DNA from: an uncultured Christensenella sp.
GTDB taxonomy: Bacteria; Bacillota; Clostridia; Christensenellales; UBA1750
DNA: 64,000 nt
Reading direction: 5' to 3'
Assembly (NCBI GenBank): GCA_948468595.1
Contig: CAOKIU010000005.1
Span: 1,730-65,729, forward strand
A model generated the notes under the pieces. The model was not told the DNA's origin, searched no databases, and worked only from the letters and a program-made list of their open reading frames with translations. Positions within the stretch are counted from its first letter, which is position 1. Each line of letters starts with the position of its first letter. Shown here piece after piece: positions 28,456 through 39,962 of the stretch. The position numbers and the translations under genes were made by a program.

Positions 28456-29700
28456 TCACTTGCGGGCGGCCATGTACGCCTCAATCTCCTCCACGGTCTT
28501 GGGAATGGTGGGGGAGAGCAGCACCGCGCCGTCCTGCGTAATGAGCGCATCGTCCTCAATGCGGATGCCAAAGCCCAGCTCCGGCATGTAGGCGCCCGGC
28601 TCCATCGTCACGATCATGCCCGGGGCCAGCAGGCCGCGGTCGCCCACGTCGTGGCAGTCCAGACCCACGTAATGGCTCACGCCGTGGGGGAGCAGCCGCT
28701 CCATCTCCTTTAGGTCCTGAATCTTCCCCGCCTCCATCAGCCTTTGGCCGATGGCTTCCCGGGCAATCCTGAGGGTGTCCTCCACAGGCTTTCCGGGCGC
28801 CAGGTACTCCAGCACCTTCTGCTGCCCGTAGAGCACCGCTTCGTAGTAGATCTTCTGCTCCTGGGTGAACTTGCCGGAAACCGGGAAGGTGCGGCTGATG
28901 TCGGCGGCGTAATAGCCGTACTCCGCGCCCAGGTCGATCAGCAGCACGTCGCCGTCGTTTACCACCTGGTCGTTCTTTGAGTAGTGCAGCACGTTTGAGT
29001 TGACCCCGCCGGCAATGATGGGGTCAAAGGCATTGTCCTTGGCGCCGTTCATGGTCAGCGCAAAGTCGAAGTGCGCCTGGAGCTCCGCCTCGTTGACGCC
29101 GGGCCGCAGGTGATCCAAGATCGCCTTGATGCCCTCCTCGGTGATGGCGATGGCGCGCTTTACGCACTCCACCTCCTGCGCGCACTTGACGCGGCGCAGG
29201 TTGTTGATCACCGGGGCGATGTTGGATACCGTAAGATACGGGTGCGCCTCGGTGATGCGGCGGCACATGTCGTTTTCCGGGTAGGCGACCGTGTTCAGCT
29301 CCCGCTTGTGGAAGTCCATCAGCAGCGTCTTAAAGTTGTTGCGGCTCAGCAGCCGCCCGATCTCCCAATCAAAGCGGTCCAGATAGCGCACATTGGCTAT
29401 GCCGCTCTTCTCCGCCGCCTCCTCAAGGTCGATCATCTTGCCAAAATACCGCTCCAAGTACGGGTCCGGCCGGTCGATGAAGAGCCATTCGTTGACCTTG
29501 CCGTCCAGCTTGGTCATCATCATGAACTGATTGGCCTTGTCAAAGCCCGTCATGTAGTAGTAGTTATTGTCCACGCGGAAGGGGTAGTCCATATCCAGCG
29601 TCTTTTGCTTGGGCGCGCCCGCAAAGAGGAAGAGCAGGGATTGCTCCGGCATCTCCTTTGCCAGCAGCGCCCGGTGGTTGATAAATACCTGTGCGTCCAT
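28456..29700 (-). CDS. pepP: Xaa-Pro aminopeptidase (AMP_N plus M24B)
   Basis: 414 aa. DLGAEYGYYAADISRTFP, HGVSHYVGLDCHD and MEPGAY. Confidence 0.9.
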   Translation of the reverse strand: MDAQVFINHRALLAKEMPEQSLLFLFAGAPKQKTLDMDYPFRVDNNYYYMTGFDKANQFMMMTKLDGKVNEWLFIDRPDPYLERYFGKMIDLEEAAEKSGIANVRYLDRFDWEIGRLLSRNNFKTLLMDFHKRELNTVAYPENDMCRRITEAHPYLTVSNIAPVINNLRRVKCAQEVECVKRAIAITEEGIKAILDHLRPGVNEAELQAHFDFALTMNGAKDNAFDPIIAGGVNSNVLHYSKNDQVVNDGDVLLIDLGAEYGYYAADISRTFPVSGKFTQEQKIYYEAVLYGQQKVLEYLAPGKPVEDTLRIAREAIGQRLMEAGKIQDLKEMERLLPHGVSHYVGLDCHDVGDRGLLAPGMIVTMEPGAYMPELGFGIRIEDDALITQDGAVLLSPTIPKTVEEIEAYMAARK

Positions 29701-29718
29701 TTCGTACTCCTTTCCGCC

Positions 29719-30655
<937 letters not shown>

Positions 30656-30681
<26 letters not shown>

Positions 30682-31720
30682 GGTCCTCTCCTCCTTCCCC
30701 TGTTGTGTAGCGGTTTTCCACCTTGGGCGCGTACTCGTGTTGCAGCCAGCAGCGCACCTGGTGCCCGCCGGCGGCGTCGGTAATCTCCGGCATGCGCTCG
30801 TGGCAGATCTTCATGCAGTAATCGCACCGGGCGGCAAAGGGACAGCCCTTTGGCGGGTAGATGAGGTCCGGCGGCGTGCCGTCGATGGGCACCAGCCGGT
30901 CGGTGCGGCCCGTGCCGGGCTTGGGGATGGAGTCCAGCAGCCCCCAGGTATAGGGGTGCTTGGGATGGTAGAAGATCTCCTGAACGTCGCCCGATTCCAC
31001 GATCATCCCCGCGTACATCACCGCCACGCGGTCGGCAATATCCGCCACCACGCCCATGTCATGGGTGATGATGAGGATGCCGGTTTTCAGCTTCTCCCGC
31101 AGCTCCAGCATCAGGTCCACAATCTGGCTTTGAATCGTCACGTCCAGGGCTGTGGTCGGCTCGTCGGCAATCAAGATCTTGGGATCGCACACCAGCGCCA
31201 TGGCGATCATCGCGCGCTGGCGCATGCCGCCGGAGAACTCGTGCGGGTACTGCCGCATGCGCTGCTCGGGGTTGGAAAGGCCCACAAGCCTCAGCATCTC
31301 CACGGCCCGGTCGTAGGCCTGCTTGCGGCTGACCTTCTGGTGCTTTAAAATGCCCTCCATGATCTGGTTGCCCACCCGCGCGGTGGGGTTGAGCGAGGTC
31401 ATGGGGTCCTGAAAGATCATGCTGATCTCGCGGCCGCGAACCTTGCGCATCTCGGATTCCGAGCACTTGATCAGGTCCCGGCCCTCCAGCTCGATTTTTC
31501 CGCCCTCGATGACGCTGGGCGGGGAGGGGTTGAGCTGCAAAATGGTCTGGGCCGTGACGGACTTGCCGCAGCCCGATTCGCCCACCACCGCCAGGATCTC
31601 CCCCTTTTCCATGGAGAGGCTGACGCCGCGCACCGCCTGCACGCGGCCGGCGTAGGTCATAAAGGAGACGTGCAGATCCTCTATCTTCAGCAGCGGCTTT
31701 CTATCCTTGTTTTCGCTCAT
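30656..31720 (-). CDS. oppD: oligopeptide ABC transporter ATP-binding protein
   Basis: Walker [10 protein letters not shown] and signature FSGGMRQR. It overlaps oppF by 26 nt. Confidence 0.9.
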
Positions 31721-31736
31721 GCGCGCGCTCCTTTCG

Positions 31737-32660
31737 TCATTTGCGCAGCCGGGGGTCCAGCGCGTCCCGCAGCCCGTCGCCCAGCAGGTTGAAGCCCAGC
31801 ATGGTCAGCGAGATGAGCAGGGCGGGAAAGAGCAGCTGGTAGGGAAAGAGCAGCAGCATCTTGGCGCCCTCGTTGGCCAGCGTGCCCCAGCTGGCCAGCG
31901 GCACGGGAATGCCCAGTCCCAGGTAGGACAGGGACGCCTCGGTAAAGATGGCGCTGGGGATGGAGAAGGTCAGGTCAATGATGATGGGCCCCATGGTGTT
32001 GGGGATCAGGTGCTTGAAGATGATGCGGCCGAACCCGCCGCCCAGGGTCTTGGACGCCATGACGTACTCCGATTGCTTGAGCTGGAGCACCTGACCCCTG
32101 ACCAGGCGCGCCATGGACCCCCAGCCGGTGATAGCGATGGCGATGATGATGGTCTTTAAGCCCGGGCCCATGATGACCATCAGCATGATCACCCACAAAA
32201 GGTCCGGGATGGTGTAGATGATCTCCACCCCGCGCATCATCAACATGTCCACCCGCCCGCCGAAATAGCCGGAGATGCCGCCGTAGAGCACGCCGATGAT
32301 GACGTTGATCAGCGTGGCCACCAGCGCGATCAGCAGCGAAACCCTGGCGCCCACCCAGCACCTTACAAAGACGTCTCGGCCCAAGGTGTCGGTGCCGAAC
32401 CAGTGCGCCGCGCTGGGCGCCTGGTTGATGGACTTGGTGTCCTGCGTGGCGTAATCATAGGGGGAGAATACCGGCACGAGTATGGCCAGTACCACGATCA
32501 GCGCCAGCACCACCAGGGAGACCATGGCCACCGGGTTGGCCTTGAGGCGGCGCCAGGCATCCTTCCAATAGGTGGTGGCCGGGCGCTTGATCTCGTTGAG
32601 CGCGGCCGTGGACTTCAGAGTGCGCTCAAATTGGTCGCGGGAAAGGGGATTGGCATGCAT
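31737..32660 (-). CDS. oppC: oligopeptide ABC transporter permease
   Basis: 307 aa with a BPD_transp_1 pattern and an OppC-type N-terminus. Confidence 0.9.
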   Translation of the reverse strand: MHANPLSRDQFERTLKSTAALNEIKRPATTYWKDAWRRLKANPVAMVSLVVLALIVVLAILVPVFSPYDYATQDTKSINQAPSAAHWFGTDTLGRDVFVRCWVGARVSLLIALVATLINVIIGVLYGGISGYFGGRVDMLMMRGVEIIYTIPDLLWVIMLMVIMGPGLKTIIIAIAITGWGSMARLVRGQVLQLKQSEYVMASKTLGGGFGRIIFKHLIPNTMGPIIIDLTFSIPSAIFTEASLSYLGLGIPVPLASWGTLANEGAKMLLLFPYQLLFPALLISLTMLGFNLLGDGLRDALDPRLRK

Positions 32661-32676
32661 GTGGGGCGCACCTCCT

Positions 32677-33594
32677 TTAATCCATTTTGACTCTCGGGTC
32701 TACCAGCATATAGACGATGTCCACCAGGAACATCATCAGGATCATGATGATGGCGTAAAACGCGGTCATGCCCATGATCATGGTGTAGTCGCTGTCCTTG
32801 ACGGCGTTGACCAGGTATTTGCCCATGCCCGGAACGTTGAAGATGTTCTCCACGATGAAGGAACCCACCATGGTCGACGCGATCATGGAGCCGGATACGG
32901 TGACAATGGGCATGATGGCGTTGCGGATGGTGTGTTTGGTGATGATCTCCAGCTGGGTCAAGCCCTTGGCCTTGGCGGTCTTGATGTAGTCCTGGGAGAG
33001 CACGTCCAGCATGGAGGTGCGCATCATGCGCGCGATGTAGGCCACCATCCGGAAGCCCAGCGCCAGGGCCGGCAGCACCATCGTGGCCAGCGTGCCCCAG
33101 CCCGAAACCGGGAACCACTTCAGCTTTGCCGCAAAGAAATATTGGAACAGACTGGCAAAGACGAACGCCGGCACCGATACGCCCAGTATGGAGATGAAGA
33201 TCACCAAGTAGTCCGGCCACTTTCCGCGCTTGATGGCGGCAAGGATGCCAAAGACCACCCCCAGCACCAGGCCGATAAAGCACGCGCTCAGGCCCAGCGC
33301 GCAGGAGACGGGGAAGCCCGTTTCAATGATGCTGTTGACCGAGCGGTTCTTGTACTTAAAGGACACGCCAAAGTCCCCGTGCAAAAGGTTGTTCATGTAA
33401 ATGACGTACTGCTCGATCAGCGGCTTGTCCAGGCCGTACTTGGCCTCCATGTTGGCGCGGATCTCCGGCAGGATCATCTTCTCGTTGGCGAACGGGTCGC
33501 CCGGAATCGACTTCATGAGCACAAACGTCGCCGTCAGGATGATCCACAGCGTCAAAATGGCGATCAGCAGGCGCTTGATGACGTATTTGGTCAC
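32677..33594 (-). CDS. oppB: oligopeptide ABC transporter permease
   Basis: MTKYVIKRLLIAILTLWIILTATF N-terminus, typical of OppB/DppB. Confidence 0.9.
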   Translation of the reverse strand: MTKYVIKRLLIAILTLWIILTATFVLMKSIPGDPFANEKMILPEIRANMEAKYGLDKPLIEQYVIYMNNLLHGDFGVSFKYKNRSVNSIIETGFPVSCALGLSACFIGLVLGVVFGILAAIKRGKWPDYLVIFISILGVSVPAFVFASLFQYFFAAKLKWFPVSGWGTLATMVLPALALGFRMVAYIARMMRTSMLDVLSQDYIKTAKAKGLTQLEIITKHTIRNAIMPIVTVSGSMIASTMVGSFIVENIFNVPGMGKYLVNAVKDSDYTMIMGMTAFYAIIMILMMFLVDIVYMLVDPRVKMD

Positions 33595-33633
33595 GGTATT
33601 CTCCTCTCCCCCCGCTTTTCTCCGTCTCCCGGT

Positions 33634-34749
33634 TTACTTGAGATTCTCTGGATTGAGGCCCTTTAAGTCCTCCCGGACGAACAGCCCGTCCTTGCGGATC
33701 ACCTCGCCGTCAAAGAGGATCTCGCCCCCGCCGTATTCCGGCGTCTGGATCAGCACCAGGTCCCAATGGATCTGCGAAACGTTGCCGTTGTCGCATCCCA
33801 TCACGCAGTTGCCCGGGGTGAAGTGGAAGCTGCCCATGATCTTCTCGTCAAAGAGCGTCTCGTTCATCACCCGCGTGACGTAGGGGTTGACGCCGATGGC
33901 GAACTCCCCGATGTAGCGGGCGCCCTCGTCGGTGTCCAAAATGGCGTTGAGGCGCTCGTTGTCGTTGCTGGTGGCCTTTACGATCTTGCCGTTTTCAAAC
34001 TCGAAGCGGATGGCGTCAAAGCAGAAGCCGTCCACCATCGAGGGCGTGTTGTAGGTGATGTAGCCGTTGACCGAATCCCTCACCGGCACGGAGTACACCT
34101 CGCCGTCGGGAATGTTGCACTCCCCGTCGCACTTGACCCCGCCCATGCCCTTGATGGAGAAGGTCAGGTCCGTGCCCTTGGCGGTGATGCGCACCTTGTC
34201 GGTTCGGTCCATCAGCGCCTTGAGCGGGTCCATGGCGCGGGACATCTTTTCGTAGTCCAGGCAGCAGACGTTGAAGTAAAAGTCCTCAAAGTCGTCCGTG
34301 CCCATCTGCGCAGCCTGCGCCATGGCCGGGGTGGGGTAGCGCAGCACCACCCACCGGGTCGTGGGGCAGCGCACCTCCATCAGCAGCTTGCGGTCGTACA
34401 GCGCGTTGTAAAGCTCCATCTTCTCAAAGTTGATTCCCGTCTCCTCGTAGGCGTTCTCCGGCAGCCGGATGCCGATGTAGCAGTCCATCGCCAGCATCCG
34501 CTCCTCTTCCCACTTGTACATCAGCTCCAGCTGCTCTTTCGAGCATCCCTCGATGATGGCGCGGTCAATGCGCGGCTCCTTCAGATTGACAAAGGGCAGG
34601 CCGCCCACGGCGTAGGCCTCCTTGATCAGCTCCCGGACAAGGGGAATGTCCAGCCCCCGCGTCTCAATGAGCACCTTTTCGCCCGCCTTGAGCTTCAGCG
34701 AGTAGCGGATTAGGTTTTTTGCCAGCGTTTTGACTCTCGAATCCATCAT
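33634..34749 (-). CDS. M29 aminopeptidase (AmpS/PepS family)
   Basis: Start MMDSRVKTLAKNLIRYSL follows AAGGAG. GEFAIGVNP and HFTPG motifs. Confidence 0.85.
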   Translation of the reverse strand: MMDSRVKTLAKNLIRYSLKLKAGEKVLIETRGLDIPLVRELIKEAYAVGGLPFVNLKEPRIDRAIIEGCSKEQLELMYKWEEERMLAMDCYIGIRLPENAYEETGINFEKMELYNALYDRKLLMEVRCPTTRWVVLRYPTPAMAQAAQMGTDDFEDFYFNVCCLDYEKMSRAMDPLKALMDRTDKVRITAKGTDLTFSIKGMGGVKCDGECNIPDGEVYSVPVRDSVNGYITYNTPSMVDGFCFDAIRFEFENGKIVKATSNDNERLNAILDTDEGARYIGEFAIGVNPYVTRVMNETLFDEKIMGSFHFTPGNCVMGCDNGNVSQIHWDLVLIQTPEYGGGEILFDGEVIRKDGLFVREDLKGLNPENLK

Positions 34750-34777
34750 GGATATTTCTCCTTTGCCTGTGCGGGTC

Positions 34778-36004
34778 TTAAGCCCGAACGTTCTTTTCCC
34801 TGCCAAGTTTGAGCAGCGCCTCCCGGACGCGCTCCATCGCCGCGTAAATGCGGCCGGAATCCGCAAAACAGCCGTAGACGATTCTCAGGTGCCCCGCGCC
34901 CTGCTTGCCGTAGGCCGTCCCGGCGTTGATGCACACCTTGGCCTCCTCAATCAGGTACGCCGCCACCTCCTCGGCGCTCCCCAGATGGGAAACGTCTGCC
35001 CAGATCAGGAATCCGCTCTGCGGCATCCGCACCGTCACCCCGGGAATGCCCGACAAAATGTCGTGCACCCTCCGCCTGCGCGCGTCAAAGATCGCCTTGT
35101 ATTCCTCCATAAATTCCGGATGATCAAAGGCGTATGCCGTGGCCGCCTGAAAGGTGGAGTTGGTCGTGCCGATGACGTTGACCGCGCAGCCGTACATCAC
35201 GTCCATGATGTGGTCCTCCGCCACCAAATACCCCACGCGCGTGCCGCTGAGCGCCATGCCCTTGGAGACGGAGAACACCGTCACCGTCCGCTCCCACATG
35301 CCCGGAAGGCTGGCCAGCGTCACCATTTCCCGCCCGTCGTAGATGAAGTCCTCAAACGCCTGGTCCACCACCGCCACAAGGTCGTGCTCCAGGATGAACG
35401 CGGCCAGCATCTCCATCTCTTCCCGGGAATACACGGTGGCCGTGGGGTTGTTGGGGTTGGTCAGCAGCACCATCTTCGTGCTTGGGGTCAGCGCCGCTTC
35501 CAGCGCCCCGCGCGTCAGGCGGAAGTCCGCCGCCTCGTCAAGCGGAACCGAGACCGCCTTGCCGCCCAGCAGCTTGGGGTTGAGGAAATTGCTGGGGTAG
35601 CTGGGGTCGGGCACCAGCACCTCGTCTCCGGGGGAGATAAAGGGCATCATCGCAAACAGCAGCCCCGAATCCGACCCGGGCGTGATCAGGATATTGCGCT
35701 CCGGCACGACGGCAAGGCCGTTTTGGCGCTGTAGCTTGCGGGCGATGGCCTCCTTGAGCGCCATATCCCCCACCGGGTGCGTGTAGTGCGAGCACGCGCC
35801 CGATTCAATGCGCTCTATGGCGATGCGCTTGACCTCCTCAGGCATGCGGTCGTCGGGCATGAAGGGGTCCGCCCAGCCCAGCATGTCGCCTCCCAGCCTT
35901 ACGATCTCATCCGCCACGCCGCCCACGTCGGCCTTTTCCACCTTGCTAAACAGCCCGCCCTCCAGGTCCCGAAAGCCGGCGTTCATCTTCGCGCGTATAT
36001 CCAT
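34778..36004 (-). CDS. class I/II PLP-dependent aminotransferase
   Basis: SVSKGMALSGTRVGY (PLP-Lys) and NPNNPT. Confidence 0.85.
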   Translation of the reverse strand: MDIRAKMNAGFRDLEGGLFSKVEKADVGGVADEIVRLGGDMLGWADPFMPDDRMPEEVKRIAIERIESGACSHYTHPVGDMALKEAIARKLQRQNGLAVVPERNILITPGSDSGLLFAMMPFISPGDEVLVPDPSYPSNFLNPKLLGGKAVSVPLDEAADFRLTRGALEAALTPSTKMVLLTNPNNPTATVYSREEMEMLAAFILEHDLVAVVDQAFEDFIYDGREMVTLASLPGMWERTVTVFSVSKGMALSGTRVGYLVAEDHIMDVMYGCAVNVIGTTNSTFQAATAYAFDHPEFMEEYKAIFDARRRRVHDILSGIPGVTVRMPQSGFLIWADVSHLGSAEEVAAYLIEEAKVCINAGTAYGKQGAGHLRIVYGCFADSGRIYAAMERVREALLKLGREKNVRA

Positions 36005-36106
36005 TGCCCATCCTCCTAAAACTCAGCAGCGCCGCCAGCGGAAAGCCTCCCCTCTTGAGGGGAGGTGCCGCCTTAGGCGGCGGAGGGGTGGTCCCCCCGC
36101 CTCCCG

Positions 36107-37336
36107 TCAGACGCGCACAAAGCGGATGATCTCCCGCTTGTCGTCCATAAAGAAAGTCTTTCCGCCCGCAAAGCCGATGGTCTCCTCCAGCATCATGCAT
36201 ACCGGCTGGCCGTCCCACTCCGGCACCCTTTGGGTGATGTTGAGCTCCAGCGCGTAGCAGGTGTTGTCGTGGAAGAGCAGCTCGCCATGCCCCGGCACAA
36301 AGCCCTGGTTGTCGTACATGCCCACCGACGGCCCCGCGCCGTGGCCGTAACTGCCGATGGGGTGGCAGTAGCTCATCGCCGTGATGCCCTCCGCCTTGGC
36401 CTTTTCCATGGCCGCAAAGAACACCTCGTTGCCCGTCTTGCCCACCTCAAAGCTGCCGCGCACGATGTCCTGAAAGCGGTTGCCGGTCTTAAAGGCCGCA
36501 AGGATGCCCGCCGGAATCTCCGTCTCGCCCTTGCGCCCGATGTATACGTTGCGCTGCGTGTCGGTGTTAAGGCCCATGCACGCCAAACCCATGTCGCAGT
36601 GCACGATGTCCCCCTCCTCAATCACCACGCCGGACATGCGCGTGTCGTCCGATCCCTTGCGCTGCAAGTCGATGTCCGGGGCGAACCAGAAGGGCAGACC
36701 GTATTCGTTGATGCGCTGCATGATGCCCCACTCCACGTCCGTGGTCGTGGTCACGCCGGGCTTGATAAAGTCCGCGGAGAACACCTGATCCACCACGTCC
36801 ATGGACAGCTTGTAGATCATGGGGTAGATCTCCATCTCGCGCGCCGTGCGCGTCTCCATCCAGCGAATCACCAGATCTTCGGCGCTGACCAGCATCGAGC
36901 TGCCGCAAAGCGCGGTGGTCAGCCTGTCGTAGGTGTTCTTGCTCAGGCCGTCGGCCACGGCGCATTCGTTGGAGATGTCCACATGCACCTTTTGCGGCTT
37001 CTTCTTGGCAATCAGGTGGTTGAGCGCCTCGAACACATCGTCCTTGCGGTTCATCGCCTGCTTGTAAAAGCCCTCGAAGCGCGGGTTGGGCCGGGATACG
37101 TTGAGCGCCTCGTAATTGCCCTCCTTGTCCAGGCAGAACACCAGGCAGGTCACGCGGCTGGCGTTTTTGACCAGCGCGGGCACCAGCGTGCGGAACACCG
37201 GGTCCTCGTTGTATTCCTTGGAGATCACCACCCACATCTCCACGCCGCATTCCTTCATCAGTTGGGGCATCAGGTTGTGGATGCGGTCCTTGAGGATCTC
37301 ATCGTGCAGTTGATACTGCTCCTTAACGGTCATCAT
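36107..37336 (-). CDS. M24-family metallopeptidase (divergent)
   Basis: Start MMTVKEQYQL follows GAGGAGGAG. Pita-bread pattern HCDMGLACMGLNTDTQR and HPIGSYGHGAGP. Confidence 0.8.
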   Translation of the reverse strand: MMTVKEQYQLHDEILKDRIHNLMPQLMKECGVEMWVVISKEYNEDPVFRTLVPALVKNASRVTCLVFCLDKEGNYEALNVSRPNPRFEGFYKQAMNRKDDVFEALNHLIAKKKPQKVHVDISNECAVADGLSKNTYDRLTTALCGSSMLVSAEDLVIRWMETRTAREMEIYPMIYKLSMDVVDQVFSADFIKPGVTTTTDVEWGIMQRINEYGLPFWFAPDIDLQRKGSDDTRMSGVVIEEGDIVHCDMGLACMGLNTDTQRNVYIGRKGETEIPAGILAAFKTGNRFQDIVRGSFEVGKTGNEVFFAAMEKAKAEGITAMSYCHPIGSYGHGAGPSVGMYDNQGFVPGHGELLFHDNTCYALELNITQRVPEWDGQPVCMMLEETIGFAGGKTFFMDDKREIIRFVRV

Positions 37337-37352
37337 GCGCGTACCCTCCTCC

Positions 37353-37736
37353 TCAGCCCTTGTAGGCCACCATTTCAATCTCAACCTTTACGCCCTTGGG
37401 CAGGTCGCGCACCGCAAAGGCCGCGCGCGCGGGCAGCACCTCGCCGCTGATGTACTGCGCGTAGACCTCGTTTACGGCGGCAAAGTCCGCAATATCGCTC
37501 AGCAGCACCGTGGTCTTGACGGCGTTGTCAAAGCCCATGCCCGCTTCCTTCAAAATCGCCTCCAGGTTTTTAAACACCTGCACCGCCTGTTCGGGCGCGG
37601 TTTGGCCCACCACCTGTCCGCTCACCGGGCAAAGGGGGATCTGTCCGGAGATGTAGAGGAAGTCCCCCGCCATGACCGCCTGGGAATAGGGCCCGATGGC
37701 CTTGGGGGCGTTGTCGGAATGAATGCGCTTTTTCAT
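37353..37736 (-). CDS. ridA: RidA/YjgF reactive-intermediate deaminase
   Basis: MKKRIHSDNAPKAIGPYSQAV...VEIEMVA, the canonical RidA pattern. Confidence 0.9.
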   Translation of the reverse strand: MKKRIHSDNAPKAIGPYSQAVMAGDFLYISGQIPLCPVSGQVVGQTAPEQAVQVFKNLEAILKEAGMGFDNAVKTTVLLSDIADFAAVNEVYAQYISGEVLPARAAFAVRDLPKGVKVEIEMVAYKG

Positions 37737-37819
37737 GCTGCCGCACAACCTTTCTCATCATTTTTTATGTCGTTTGGATCGATTGTCCTTGCCATGCTCT
37801 CGCGTCAACAAATTGGGCA

Positions 37820-37848
37820 ATAAATTATTATTACTTATAATAATTTAT
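37820..37848. promoter_or_regulatory. perfect 12-5-12 AT-rich palindrome in the ridA-opp operon upstream region
   Basis: ATAAATTATTAT-TACTT-ATAATAATTTAT. It lies downstream of a candidate TTGACT-17 nt-TAGACT promoter on the minus strand. Confidence 0.45.
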
Positions 37849-38033
37849 CATTTTAGTAGTCTATTCCTTCACTTCTGCAAAGTCAAGCAAAAAAAGATTA
37901 AATTGCATGAATCTGTTCCCTTTTGCATAATCATGGCAGTTTTTCGGCGCGAAGCGAATGATTTTATGCAGGATCTTCCCTCCGGCGCAAAAATTTCCTC
38001 GCCTCTGTTGGCGCCGCCTTCGCGTGCCCCGCG

Positions 38034-38070
38034 CAAAAAAGCCGCCCCTTGCACGCTGGCAAGGGGCGGC
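38034..38070 (-). terminator. rho-independent terminator after the MFS gene (bidirectional shape)
   Basis: GCCGCCCCTTGC/GCAAGGGGCGGC stem flanked by A-runs and T-runs. Confidence 0.8.
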
Positions 38071-38097
38071 TTTTCGCGCCCTACGCTTAACTCTCTT

Positions 38098-39357
38098 TTA
38101 GGCCATGTCCGTTTCGCGCTCCGCCTCCCTGCGCAGAGGCCGGATGATGGGCAGCATCAGCAGGGCCACCACCGTCATGGCGATGCTGCAAAGCAGCGCC
38201 GCGTTATAGGAGCCCGTGCCGTCATAAACCGCGTTGGTAAAAATGGGGCAGACGGAGCAGGCCAGGGAGTTCGCCGCGCTGATGATGCCGTAGATGGCCG
38301 CATAGGCGCGGGTGCCAAAGGCGGCCTGCGTCAGGATGGGGTAGGCGACGGTGCCCACCGCGCAGCCCAGCGCCGCGCCCGCCACGATCATCACGTGCGC
38401 CGGCCGGAACGCGCCCATGTACAGCCCCGCAAGCCCCACAATGATGGCCGAAACCGCCAAAAACGTGCTCTTTTTCATGCCCAGCTTGTCGTACATGCCG
38501 CCCAGCATCACCTTGCAGACCGCCAGCACGCCCATGTAGCAGCTCATCACGCCGGAAGCATAGGTGGCGGCAAAGCCGATGTCGCTCAGGTGCGGCACTA
38601 TGGTGTTGGAAAGCATCGTCGAGGTCATCCCCACCACGAGCGCCATAAAGATCAGCGCCCAAAAACCCGGGATGCGCAGGGCCTTTGACAGGGTCGGACC
38701 GTAGAGCGGCGTCTCTTCCGCTCCGTCCTTGGCGCCCGCGCCGCCCAGGGGCTTGCATCCCACCTCCTGCGGTCTTACGCGCAGCACCAGGTAGACGAGG
38801 GGAATCATCACCGCGGCCATGACCACGGCCAGGATGCGGAAGGCCGCCTGCCAGCCCAGCGCCGCCACCCAGCCGCCCGCCAGCGCGTTAAACAGCATGC
38901 CGCCCAGCCCGCTGCCCATAAAGCAGATGCCGATGGCCAGCCCGCGCTTTTCCTCAAACCAATTGGCGATAATCAGCGTAAAGGGCAGGAACGTCAAAAA
39001 CGAGATGGCCACGCCCACCACCACGGACACGGCGTAGAACATCCAAAGCTGCGTGCAAAGGGAATAGCAAAAGTATGCCAGCGGCAGCACCACGCACGAA
39101 ACGCGCATCAGGCTGCGCACCTTGAACCTGGAAAAGATCGTCCCTGAAAACAGGGCGATGGCCATATAGAGGATGTTGGTGATGGTCTGGCAGACGCTGA
39201 ACCCCTGGCGGGTAAAGCCCATAGCCTCCGTCACGGGCTTGATAAACAGGCTGAAGCAGTTTTGCACCACCCCATGCGTCACCGCCATGATCATTACGCC
39301 GCAGGCCACGCACACCCATCCGTAAAAAATACGATGCTTTTCCAAGAACCTCATCAT
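38098..39357 (-). CDS. MFS transporter
   Basis: About 12 TM segments. Start MMRFLEKHRIFYGW follows GAGGAGGAG. Confidence 0.85.
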   Translation of the reverse strand: MMRFLEKHRIFYGWVCVACGVMIMAVTHGVVQNCFSLFIKPVTEAMGFTRQGFSVCQTITNILYMAIALFSGTIFSRFKVRSLMRVSCVVLPLAYFCYSLCTQLWMFYAVSVVVGVAISFLTFLPFTLIIANWFEEKRGLAIGICFMGSGLGGMLFNALAGGWVAALGWQAAFRILAVVMAAVMIPLVYLVLRVRPQEVGCKPLGGAGAKDGAEETPLYGPTLSKALRIPGFWALIFMALVVGMTSTMLSNTIVPHLSDIGFAATYASGVMSCYMGVLAVCKVMLGGMYDKLGMKKSTFLAVSAIIVGLAGLYMGAFRPAHVMIVAGAALGCAVGTVAYPILTQAAFGTRAYAAIYGIISAANSLACSVCPIFTNAVYDGTGSYNAALLCSIAMTVVALLMLPIIRPLRREAERETDMA

Positions 39358-39427
39358 GATGATCGTCTCCTCCTCAACGCACGCATACGTCAAGCAGTAT
39401 ACACCCGCGCGCCCGGTCTGTAAAGCG

Positions 39428-39802
39428 TCACCGCGCGTCCAGAAGCCTGTCTACGGCCTCCTGCTCTGTGCTGACAAAGAAAACGTCCCTGCCCCGGTTG
39501 CTCTCGTAGATAAAGTCCTTCAGCGGCTTGCTCGTATAGCGGCTGAAATCCCCCCAGATGGCCAGCTTGATCCGGTAATTGACGGCCTTTTGCAGCACCT
39601 CGCCCGCAAGCCCGCTGCTCAGGATGAAAAAGCGCTCGTCCAGCGCCTCCTTGGCCAGGGCGATGCGGTCGCACCCTGTCTCCTGCCTTACGCTCATCAT
39701 GAGGTCCAGCGCCGCGCTGCTGTCGCTCACCCGCGCCCCGTCATACCGGACCGCCGCGGCGCTCCTTCCGTTTTTTTCATAGACAACGGCATTCTCCGCC
39801 AT
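39428..39802 (-). CDS. DUF4180-domain protein
   Basis: Start MAENAVVYEKNG follows AAAGGAG. KLAIWGDFSRYTSKPLKDFIYESNRG is typical of DUF4180. Confidence 0.75.
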   Translation of the reverse strand: MAENAVVYEKNGRSAAAVRYDGARVSDSSAALDLMMSVRQETGCDRIALAKEALDERFFILSSGLAGEVLQKAVNYRIKLAIWGDFSRYTSKPLKDFIYESNRGRDVFFVSTEQEAVDRLLDAR

Positions 39803-39962
39803 GCTGTATTCTCCTTTCACTTGTTTCCAGTTTAAAAATCCTTCATTTCCGCGACAAACTCTTTTTACAGAATTTGCGCAACTTTGCCTTTCCCCCGGCC
39901 GTTTGTGTAGTAATCGTTCTAAGGAAAGGAACGATTTACCATGAAACGGAGGCGAAATTGAG